Source: an uncultured virus (IMG/VR IMGVR_UViG_3300019372_000169) (lineage: Duplodnaviria; Heunggongvirae; Uroviricota; Caudoviricetes). Taken from it: DNA of 64,000 bases. Below, in pieces: positions 10,201-17,685 of the stretch. The DNA is taken from the IMG/VR virus record IMGVR_UViG_3300019372_000169. One strand, 5' to 3'. The notes under the pieces were generated by a model that saw only the letters and a list, made by a program, of their open reading frames with translations, was not told where the DNA came from and searched no databases. Every line of letters starts with the position of its first letter. Position 1 is the first letter of the stretch. The translations under genes were made by a program, and so were the position numbers.

Positions 10201-10512
10201 ATGGCGGATTTGCTTGACAAAGTAAAGAAGAATCTGATTCTGGAGCATAATCAGGATGATATCCTGCTCCAAAGCTTCATCGCCGCCGCGACCGCCTACG
10301 CAGAAAAATACCAGCATGTGGCAGACGGCTTTTACGCCGAAAATTCGATGCCTGCGACCACGGAGCAGGCGGTCATCATGCTGACGAGTCATTTTTACGA
10401 GAGCCGCGACGGCTCCACCGGGGGATTTTTCGCCGACAGCGTTCCGGCGGGGCAGCAGGTATGGGATACCGTGAATATGCTCCTGCGCCTCGACCGCGAA
10501 TGGAAGGTGTAA
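10201..10512 (+). CDS. Head-tail connector protein
   Basis: VKKNLILEH..DD, QAVIMLTSHFYESR; follows the capsid gene. Confidence 0.85.
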   Translation: MADLLDKVKKNLILEHNQDDILLQSFIAAATAYAEKYQHVADGFYAENSMPATTEQAVIMLTSHFYESRDGSTGGFFADSVPAGQQVWDTVNMLLRLDREWKV

Positions 10513-10515
10513 ACC

Positions 10516-10851
10516 GTGAGTTTCGGTAAAATGAGTGCTTTCATTGACATCATCCAGACAGAGCAGACAAAAGACGCCGACGGTTTCGTCACCTCGACCG
10601 ATACGGTGCTTGCCAGCGTCCGCGCCTACCGGGAAGACCGTCACGGGAATGAGCTGTGGGCGAACCGCGCGGCGTGGTCGGCGGCGACCAGCCTGTTTCG
10701 TTTCCGCAGGATTCCCGGCGTGCAAATCCGTCCCTCGCTTTTACTCGTCTGCTCCGGCGAACGGTTCCGTATTCTCAGCGCGGAGGATGTGCGAGGGCGC
10801 GGCATGTACACCGAGGTTCTGGCGGAACGGCTGGAGCCGAGCAAACATTAA
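10516..10851 (+). CDS. Head closure / head-tail adaptor
   Basis: Size, synteny, KDADGF and EDVRGRGMYTEV motifs. Confidence 0.75.
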   Translation: MSFGKMSAFIDIIQTEQTKDADGFVTSTDTVLASVRAYREDRHGNELWANRAAWSAATSLFRFRRIPGVQIRPSLLLVCSGERFRILSAEDVRGRGMYTEVLAERLEPSKH

Positions 10852-10863
10852 GGGGGGATTTCT

Positions 10864-11295
10864 ATGGCAAAGGTAAGCTTCACCATGCCGGAAGATTTTC
10901 TCCGGAAAGTCTCCGCGCTCGGCGAGAAAACCGACGAGATCATTCCCCGTGTACTGGAAGCGGGCGGTGAGATCACGCTCGAAAAGGTTCGCGATAATCT
11001 GGAATCGGTCATAGGCCGGGATACCAAATCCCCTTCGCGCTCTACCGGAGAGCTTGCGTCGGCGCTGGGGCTTTCTCCGGCGAAGATGGATAAGAACGGC
11101 AATTTCAATGTCAAGGTGGGCTTTTCGGAACCGCGTCCCGATGGAGAGAGCAACGCAAAAATTGCCAACATTCTTGAGTACGGCAAGCACGGACAGCCGC
11201 CGAAGCCCTTTTTAAAGTCGGCAAAGACACAGGCGCGCAAGCCGGGCATCGAGGTGATGAAAGAAAAGCTGGAGGAGGAAATCAAAAAAATATGA
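10864..11295 (+). CDS. HK97 gp10-like tail component
   Basis: STGEL, ILEYG, PPKPFLK motifs. Confidence 0.8.
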   Translation: MAKVSFTMPEDFLRKVSALGEKTDEIIPRVLEAGGEITLEKVRDNLESVIGRDTKSPSRSTGELASALGLSPAKMDKNGNFNVKVGFSEPRPDGESNAKIANILEYGKHGQPPKPFLKSAKTQARKPGIEVMKEKLEEEIKKI

Positions 11296-11633
11296 ACATC
11301 CTTCAGGAGCTGACCACGCTCATCACCGGACTGGGGCTTGCAGTGGAAACCGGCCTTTTTTCCGGAGAGGCTCCCACCGAATACGTGGTCATAACGCCGC
11401 TGACCGACTCGTTTGAGTTGTTCGGCGACAACCGCCCGGAATATGAAACACAGGAGGCGCGCCTGTCGCTCTATTCCAAAGGAAACTACATCACGATAAA
11501 AAACAGCGTCCTACGCGCGCTGCTGAACGCCGGTTTTACCGTCACCGACCATCAGTATATTGAGCATGAGGACGATACCGGTTACCACCATTATGCCATT
11601 GACGCGGCAAAACCGTATGCATGGGAGGAATGA
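11292..11633 (+). CDS. Putative tail terminator
   Basis: Synteny, EDDTGYHHY motif. Confidence 0.65.
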   Translation: MNILQELTTLITGLGLAVETGLFSGEAPTEYVVITPLTDSFELFGDNRPEYETQEARLSLYSKGNYITIKNSVLRALLNAGFTVTDHQYIEHEDDTGYHHYAIDAAKPYAWEE

Positions 11634-11635
11634 AG

Positions 11636-12235
11636 ATGGCCACCATCGGCATGGATAAACTCTATTACGCGAAAATCACCGAAGGCACCGACGGGGATGA
11701 AACATACGCGACGCCAACCCAGCTTGCAAAGGCAATTAAAGCCGATCTCACCATTGATCTCGCGGAAGCGACGCTCTACGCCGACGACGGCACAGCCTAT
11801 GTCGTCAAGGAGTTCAAAACCGGTACGCTATCGCTGGGTGTTGAGGACATCGGCGCTCAGGCGGCACAGGACCTGACTGGGGCGGTCGTGGACGACAATG
11901 GCGTTCTGATTTCCGCCGGTGAAGACGAGGGCGCGGCGGTGGCGGTAGGCTTCCGGGCGCTCAAACCGAACGGGAAATACCGATATTTCTGGCTGTACCG
12001 CGTAAAATTCGGCATTCCCGCCGCGAATTTGCAGACCAAGGGCGACTCCATCACCTTCCAGACCCCGACCATTGAGGGAACCGTGATGCGCCGGAACAAA
12101 ACCGACAGCAAGGGCAATCATCCGTGGAAAGCCGAAGTGACCGAGGGCGACGTCGGAGTGGCTGACGCCACCGTTACCGGTTGGTACGCGCAGGTTTACG
12201 AGCCGGTTTACACCGCGCCGCCGTCCAGCACATAA
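11636..12235 (+). CDS. Major tail protein (phi13 family)
   Basis: IGMDKLYYA, LYADDG, AVGFRA, YFWLYRVKF. Confidence 0.88.
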   Translation: MATIGMDKLYYAKITEGTDGDETYATPTQLAKAIKADLTIDLAEATLYADDGTAYVVKEFKTGTLSLGVEDIGAQAAQDLTGAVVDDNGVLISAGEDEGAAVAVGFRALKPNGKYRYFWLYRVKFGIPAANLQTKGDSITFQTPTIEGTVMRRNKTDSKGNHPWKAEVTEGDVGVADATVTGWYAQVYEPVYTAPPSST

Positions 12236-12249
12236 GGGGGGATTTTTTC

Positions 12250-12642
12250 ATGGAAGAGGAACGCGGCGCGCTGATTGACATCGGCGGCGAGGAATACGAG
12301 CTGATTCTCACCACAAGGGCGACCAAAGCCATCGCCGGGCGCTACGGCGGCCTTGAAAATTTGGGTGAAAAGCTGATGCGATCGGAAAATTTTGAGCTTG
12401 CGCTGGATGAGATCGTCTGGCTTCTGACACTGCTCGCAAACCAGTCCGTCCTGATTTATAACCTCAAACACAAAGACGCGCCGAAGGAACTGCTGACCGA
12501 GGAGGAAGTGGAGCTTCTCACCTCGCCCCTGCAGCTGGCGTCGTATAAAAACGCCATCACCGAAGCCATGCTCCGGGGCACTGCCCGGAACGTGGTCAGC
12601 GAAGGCGCGGAGAATCCATTAAAAAACACACCAGCCGGGTGA
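12250..12642 (+). CDS. Tail assembly chaperone (G)
   Basis: Follows the major tail gene and ends with a slippery heptamer. Confidence 0.75.
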   Translation: MEEERGALIDIGGEEYELILTTRATKAIAGRYGGLENLGEKLMRSENFELALDEIVWLLTLLANQSVLIYNLKHKDAPKELLTEEEVELLTSPLQLASYKNAITEAMLRGTARNVVSEGAENPLKNTPAG

Positions 12643-12668
12643 GCGACAGCGAACTTTTCACCCGGCTG
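12621..12668 (+). promoter_or_regulatory. Programmed -1 ribosomal frameshift signal
   Basis: A-AAA-AAC in correct phase at 12621-12627, then an 11-bp stem CAGCCGGGTGA/TCACCCGGCTG. The -1 frame reads into 12639-12830. Confidence 0.75.
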
Positions 12669-12830
12669 TATTATTACGGAACCGTTCAGATGCGCATGGA
12701 GCCAGAGCAGTTCTGGCTCACGCCCATCGGGCTTTTTCTGGATTTATGGGCTTGCCACAAGCAGTTTCTGGGGATCGAGACACCGTATCGGGAACAGACG
12801 ATTGATGATGTTATACCACAAAATCCATAA
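12639..12830 (+). CDS. Tail assembly chaperone T segment (G-T fusion C-terminus)
   Basis: -1 frame overlap with G; EQFWLTPIG motif. Confidence 0.7.
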   Translation: MSDSELFTRLYYYGTVQMRMEPEQFWLTPIGLFLDLWACHKQFLGIETPYREQTIDDVIPQNP

Positions 12831-12853
12831 AGCTATTTTTGATTAAACTTAGA

Positions 12854-13012
12854 CTACTTGTTCTTACTATTTTCGCTTTCCTTACGAATGCTTCCAATTC
12901 TTTTGTCAGATCTTGTGTCTCTGCCATCCTGATTGCGTACCGTTCCCGGTGGCAAACCATGATTTTTTTCAAATGCACCCACAGTACAATCACTTCTTGT
13001 TTTCCGAACCAT
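12854..13012 (-). CDS. 52-aa basic hypothetical protein
   Basis: GGAGGG RBS; internal repeat RKTRSD.TVG / RDTRSDKRIG. Confidence 0.65.
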   Translation of the reverse strand: MVRKTRSDCTVGAFEKNHGLPPGTVRNQDGRDTRSDKRIGSIRKESENSKNK

Positions 13013-13044
13013 GTTAAAATACCCTCCTGTCTTATGTAAAAATA

Positions 13045-13269
13045 TTATTTGCCACTTTTGCGAAATATGGCTCCACAACTACTGCAATTACCGTTAAAAA
13101 CTGTTAATCTTCCGCAATTTGGACATTTTGTTCCTCGTCCACCTTTACCTTTATTGGGTGGAATAATCATTTCATATCCACATTTACTGCATTTCCGATT
13201 TTCTCCGGTCGTCTTGAAAAAAGTCAGATTATTGCAATGGGGACACAACTTTCCTGCCAACTTCATCAC
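13045..13269 (-). CDS. Small double zinc-ribbon protein
   Basis: Four CxxC pairs (CPHC, CSKC, CPNC, CSSC); GAGGTG RBS. Confidence 0.7.
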   Translation of the reverse strand: MMKLAGKLCPHCNNLTFFKTTGENRKCSKCGYEMIIPPNKGKGGRGTKCPNCGRLTVFNGNCSSCGAIFRKSGK

Positions 13270-13304
13270 CTCGATATATGATTATATATTTATATACTTA
13301 TATA

Positions 13305-13333
13305 AATATATGTTTTAATGCTGAATGTGTCAA
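13305..13333 (-). promoter_or_regulatory. SigA-type promoter of the micro-ORF pair
   Basis: TTGACA-17 nt-TATATT on the minus strand. Confidence 0.6.
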
Positions 13334-13341
13334 GACGTAAC

Positions 13342-13469
13342 ACTGATGATTTGAGCTAACCAATTGACATGATTGCGAAAAAGCCTTTAAAGATGCCTTC
13401 AGCGACACCAACTCGAGCATCAAAGTCATCGGTTCTGAGATAATTCTAGTCATCATCTAGTTTGACAGA
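13342..13469 (+). pseudogene. Decayed duplicate of the tape-measure gene 5' end
   Basis: 13377-13469 reads EKAFKDAFSDTNSSIKVIGSEIILVII*FDR, versus TMP EKAFKDALRDINQSFKVLGSEMQLVTSQFDK. Confidence 0.8.
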
Positions 13470-13559
13470 TTCGTGCTTACGCCCATGCCACCCTGAATAT
13501 AGGTAGCGATATGGGATTAAAAAAGCACGTATTGAACAGACAACTGATGAATTAGCCCC

Positions 13560-14579
13560 TTAAATCTTTCCTACAATTAATTTGATGCTCCTTGTGCAGT
13601 TCTCAATATTATCAGCGGTGATTTGTACTCGTCTGCCAAGCAAATCTAATCTACCTGCACTTAGCGAGAATAAAGGGCACCCTCGTGCCGCAGATACCAC
13701 ACCTGTCGTTTGAAAATCCCTAACCTCTTGTGTTCCACGCTCATTAAAATCATCAACAAATATCTCTTTGTTAGTTTGATATAGTGATTCAATATCATTA
13801 TCAATCGCCCCTAGAACAATAGCATAAGCGGATGCTGGACCCATGTATTGAGTGATTCTATTTTTAATAATCATAAATACTTTTGGTAATGTTCTATTTT
13901 CCTCCTTGAGTTTTTCAGCGAAAGCGTACTTTGAGTAAATTTCCGAGGGTAGTTTTAAACCATAAATCAATGAAAAAGCGTTTTGAATTGCACGTCTTGA
14001 AGAATCATCAGCCATTACTGGCAATATTAGTCTATTAGAAGCTGCGAGCGCGATTTGCGTATACATTGAAAAACTGGGATTAGAATCAAGAAAAACAATG
14101 TCATATGTATCTTCAAGTTGTCTTAAAAAATCATTAATCCAATCTATTATTGCTATCCATGTATTGGTACCAGGGATTTGATTGTTTGCTAACGTTGAAA
14201 TCGCATTGGATTGAAGCTCTAACAGTGGATCTCCGCATAAAAGATCAATATTTTCTGGTATGAATGTATTGTATTTGCTAGGGGTTGAAATAAAATCATT
14301 CGCATTAAAAGCGGGGGTATTATAAGGTGATGGTAGTCTTAATTGAAAGTATCCGCCTATAGTTGCTCTTGGTAAAGCTCCCTGTCGCTGTAGTAAAACT
14401 TCACTTCCCTTTTGGTTTAATCCTCCTAAGAACAACTCAGAAAGGTTAGCTTGCGGACAGACATCTAAGGCCAAAATCCGTTTCTCCGGATTTTCATTTG
14501 CATATTGGCAAATGACCTGAAATGCCAAGCTTGTTTTTCCGGTTCCACCTTTATTATTCCAAAAAATATATCGTTCCAT
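13560..14579 (-). CDS. ParA/Soj-family ATPase (orphan)
   Basis: Deviant Walker A NNKGGTGKT, DVCPQANLS, FLDSNPS; AT-rich; no parB neighbour. Confidence 0.85.
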   Translation of the reverse strand: MERYIFWNNKGGTGKTSLAFQVICQYANENPEKRILALDVCPQANLSELFLGGLNQKGSEVLLQRQGALPRATIGGYFQLRLPSPYNTPAFNANDFISTPSKYNTFIPENIDLLCGDPLLELQSNAISTLANNQIPGTNTWIAIIDWINDFLRQLEDTYDIVFLDSNPSFSMYTQIALAASNRLILPVMADDSSRRAIQNAFSLIYGLKLPSEIYSKYAFAEKLKEENRTLPKVFMIIKNRITQYMGPASAYAIVLGAIDNDIESLYQTNKEIFVDDFNERGTQEVRDFQTTGVVSAARGCPLFSLSAGRLDLLGRRVQITADNIENCTRSIKLIVGKI

Positions 14580-14595
14580 ATTTGCCTCCTCAAAA

Positions 14596-14641
14596 ATTTG
14601 TACTGTATTTACAGTGTACAGTACAAATCGTACTTTGTCAA
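14596..14641 (-). promoter_or_regulatory. Promoter and overlapping 12-bp inverted repeat upstream of the ParA gene
   Basis: TTGACA-17-TACACT; perfect IR ATTTGTACTGTA (14596-14607) / TACAGTACAAAT (14617-14628). Confidence 0.65.
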
Positions 14642-14680
14642 GTACAATTTGTACATTTTATAAAAGTGGGGTGACCACAT

Positions 14681-16972
14681 ATCGCAGACAATTTTGGGGT
14701 GCGGATCGGCATTGAGGGAGAAAAGGCCTTCAAGGACGCGCTCCGCGACATCAACCAGAGTTTTAAAGTACTCGGTTCCGAGATGCAGCTGGTCACCAGC
14801 CAGTTTGATAAAAACGACTCCTCCGTGCAGGCCGTCGCCGCCCGGAACGAGGTCCTGAATAAAGAAATTGACCAGCAGAAAGAGAAAATTGAGACCCTCC
14901 GCGCCGCTTTGCAGAACGCTTCGGATTCCTTTGGCGACACCGACCGGCGCACCCAAAGCTGGCAGATTCAGCTTAACAAAGCGCAGGCCGACCTCAACGG
15001 CATGGAAAAGGAGCTGCAGAAAAACAACAGCGTTCTAGACAGTGCCGGGAAAGAATTCGACGACGCCGAAAAGCAGGCGAATCAGTTCGGCAATGAAATC
15101 ACAAGCGCATCAAAGCAGTCGGAAGAAGCGTCCAGACGCTTTGATAAACTCGGCGGTGTCGTCAAGGGGATCGGCGCTTCCCTGGGCGTGGCTCTGGCCG
15201 GAATCGGCGCGGCTGCCGTGGGCGCGGGCAAATCGCTGGTGGATGCTTCCGTAAACTCCGCCGCATACGCCGACGAAATTCTCACTCTGTCCGACCAGAC
15301 GCATGTCGGTACGGATGCGCTGCAGGCCTACCAGTACGCCGCCGAACTGATCGACACACCGCTCGAAACCTTTACCGCGAGCATGGCACGGAATGTCCGG
15401 TCTATGGATTCAGCGGCGGGAGGCTCTAAGGAAGTGGCTGCGGCTTACGCAAGGCTTGGCGTTTCGGTTCAGGATTCGAACGGACACCTGAGAAACGGTG
15501 AGGACGTTTACTGGTCGGCAATCGACGCGCTCGGAAAAATATCCAATGAAACCGAACGGGATGCGCTTTCGATGCAGATCTTCGGCAAATCCGCGCAGGA
15601 CCTCAATCCTCTGATTGCGAAGGGCAGCGCGGGAATCAAAGAGCTGACCGCCGAAGCGCAGAACATGGGCGCGGTCCTGTCCGGCGACCAGCTGAGTTCC
15701 CTCGGCAAGTTCGACGATACGGTCCAGCGTCTGAAATCCGGGGCGGAAGCCGCAAAGAACGTCATGGGTACGATCCTTCTCCCGCAGATGCAGACGCTCG
15801 CCAGCTCCGGCGTGTCGCTGCTCGGGACCTTTACGAAGGGACTTTCGAACGCGGGTGGGGACTGGACAAAAATTTCAGAGGCGATTGCAACGACAATCGG
15901 CGGGCTGACCAGTTCCATCCTCGCAGAGCTGCCGAAGGTCGTGCAGGCGGGGCTGGACATTGTGCTGTCAATCGGAAACGCAATCACGGCAAATCTGCCG
16001 ACGATCATCAATTCGGCGGTTTCCATCGTCATGACGCTGGTGCAGGGACTGGTGAGCGCTTTGCCTCAGATCACGCAGGGCGCGCTGCAATTAGTTCTGT
16101 CACTGGTGGACGGTATCATCGCCAATCTTCCGCAACTGGTGAACGCCGCGCTGACGATGGTGATTACGCTGGCGTCGGGCATCGGCGACGCGCTTCCGAA
16201 ATTGATTCCCGCCATGGTCGACGCGGTCCTTACGATTGTGAACACACTTCTCAACAACATGGATAAAGTGCTTTCCGCCGCGTTCAAGATCATTGAAGGG
16301 CTGGCGAGAGGGCTGATCAACGCTCTGCCGAAGTTGATTGACCGGCTTCCGCAGATTATTGACTCCATTGTGGATTTTATTGTAAACAATCTGCCTCTCA
16401 TCATTGAAACCGGCGTAAAAATCATCGTTGAACTGGCAGCTGGCGTGATCAAAGCGATTCCGACGCTCGTGGCAAAGCTGCCGCAGATTATTTCCGCGAT
16501 GGTAAGCGGCTTTGGAAAGCTGCTCGGCGCATTCAGCAATATCGGGAACAACATTGTATCCGGCATCTGGCAGGGCATTTCCGGGATGAAGGACTGGATT
16601 TATGCGAAGGTCCGCGACTTCTTCGGCGGAATCGTTGACAGCGTAAAGGGGTTGCTCGGGATTCACTCCCCGTCCACCGTGTTCGCCGGAATCGGCGGCT
16701 TCATGGCGCAGGGGCTCGGGCAGGGCTTCAGTAAGGCGATGAACGATGTTTCCGCCGATATGCAGAATTCGATTCCTACAAATTTTAACCTCAATCCTGC
16801 GCTGGGTGTCGGCGGGTTTGCAGGCGCTTCCGCTGGCATGGCGGGAGCTTCCGGCGGCTTTACGCTACACATCGAGAATTTTGTGAACAACACGGAAAAG
16901 GACATCCAGCGTCTTGCCTATGAATTTGAATTCTATCGGCAGCAAGCAGCGGCGGCAAGGGGGAACACGTGA
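14681..16972 (+). CDS. Tape measure protein
   Basis: Long coiled-coil/amphipathic repeats, GIHSPS motif. The RBS points to ATC at 14681; the first canonical start is GTG 14699. Confidence 0.9.
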   Translation: MADNFGVRIGIEGEKAFKDALRDINQSFKVLGSEMQLVTSQFDKNDSSVQAVAARNEVLNKEIDQQKEKIETLRAALQNASDSFGDTDRRTQSWQIQLNKAQADLNGMEKELQKNNSVLDSAGKEFDDAEKQANQFGNEITSASKQSEEASRRFDKLGGVVKGIGASLGVALAGIGAAAVGAGKSLVDASVNSAAYADEILTLSDQTHVGTDALQAYQYAAELIDTPLETFTASMARNVRSMDSAAGGSKEVAAAYARLGVSVQDSNGHLRNGEDVYWSAIDALGKISNETERDALSMQIFGKSAQDLNPLIAKGSAGIKELTAEAQNMGAVLSGDQLSSLGKFDDTVQRLKSGAEAAKNVMGTILLPQMQTLASSGVSLLGTFTKGLSNAGGDWTKISEAIATTIGGLTSSILAELPKVVQAGLDIVLSIGNAITANLPTIINSAVSIVMTLVQGLVSALPQITQGALQLVLSLVDGIIANLPQLVNAALTMVITLASGIGDALPKLIPAMVDAVLTIVNTLLNNMDKVLSAAFKIIEGLARGLINALPKLIDRLPQIIDSIVDFIVNNLPLIIETGVKIIVELAAGVIKAIPTLVAKLPQIISAMVSGFGKLLGAFSNIGNNIVSGIWQGISGMKDWIYAKVRDFFGGIVDSVKGLLGIHSPSTVFAGIGGFMAQGLGQGFSKAMNDVSADMQNSIPTNFNLNPALGVGGFAGASAGMAGASGGFTLHIENFVNNTEKDIQRLAYEFEFYRQQAAAARGNT

Positions 16973-17685
16973 TGCTGAGCTTCACGTTCGGAGGCAAGGA
17001 CAGCTTTCAGAATTTTGGCATCTATGTGGCTTCCCGCCCGCACCTTCCGTCGCCGGAGCGCCGGGTGACCTACATCGACGTGCCGGGGATGGACTCCCGG
17101 CTCCGGCGCGACGAGGGCACCTACGGCGACATCACGCTCTCCGTGGAATGCTCGTTTCTCGGCGACCCCGTTCCGAAAATTAGCGCCGTCAAGGGCTGGC
17201 TGCTGGGCGCGGGCGAAGCTGATCTGACTTTCAGCCACATTCCGGGACGGAAGTATCGCGCGCAGGTGGTGAACAGCATCGACTTTGAAATCGTGCTGAA
17301 AATCACCTCGCATTTTGTAATTCTGTTCAACTGTCAGCCGTTCCAGTACGCGACGGACAATGCGCCAATTGTTGTAACGGACGGTTCCGGATATGTTCTG
17401 TCCAATCCCGGAACGGTGAAATCTCTTCCTAATATAAAGATAACCGGGTCCGGCGCGGGAGCTCTGACCGTGAATGAGGATACTGTGTCTTTCAGCGACA
17501 TCGACGGCACGGTGACGCTTGACTCCATGGTTCAGGAAACGTATCAGGGCACCGGAACTACGCTTGTCAGCAAGAATTCCACCAAGACCGGGGATTACCC
17601 GATACTTTTGCCGGGTGAAAATGCGATCTCCTTTTCCGGCGGAATCACGTCCCTTGAAATTACTCCGAACTGGCGGTGGCTGTAA
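16969..17685 (+). CDS. Distal tail protein (Dit-like)
   Basis: FTFGGKDS, VPGMD, CQPFQY, NPGT, LLPGENAISF; follows TMP. Confidence 0.8.
   Translation: MMLSFTFGGKDSFQNFGIYVASRPHLPSPERRVTYIDVPGMDSRLRRDEGTYGDITLSVECSFLGDPVPKISAVKGWLLGAGEADLTFSHIPGRKYRAQVVNSIDFEIVLKITSHFVILFNCQPFQYATDNAPIVVTDGSGYVLSNPGTVKSLPNIKITGSGAGALTVNEDTVSFSDIDGTVTLDSMVQETYQGTGTTLVSKNSTKTGDYPILLPGENAISFSGGITSLEITPNWRWL

Noticed and set aside
13560..14579. parABS partition system
   Set aside because: No parB gene adjacent and no canonical parS seen.
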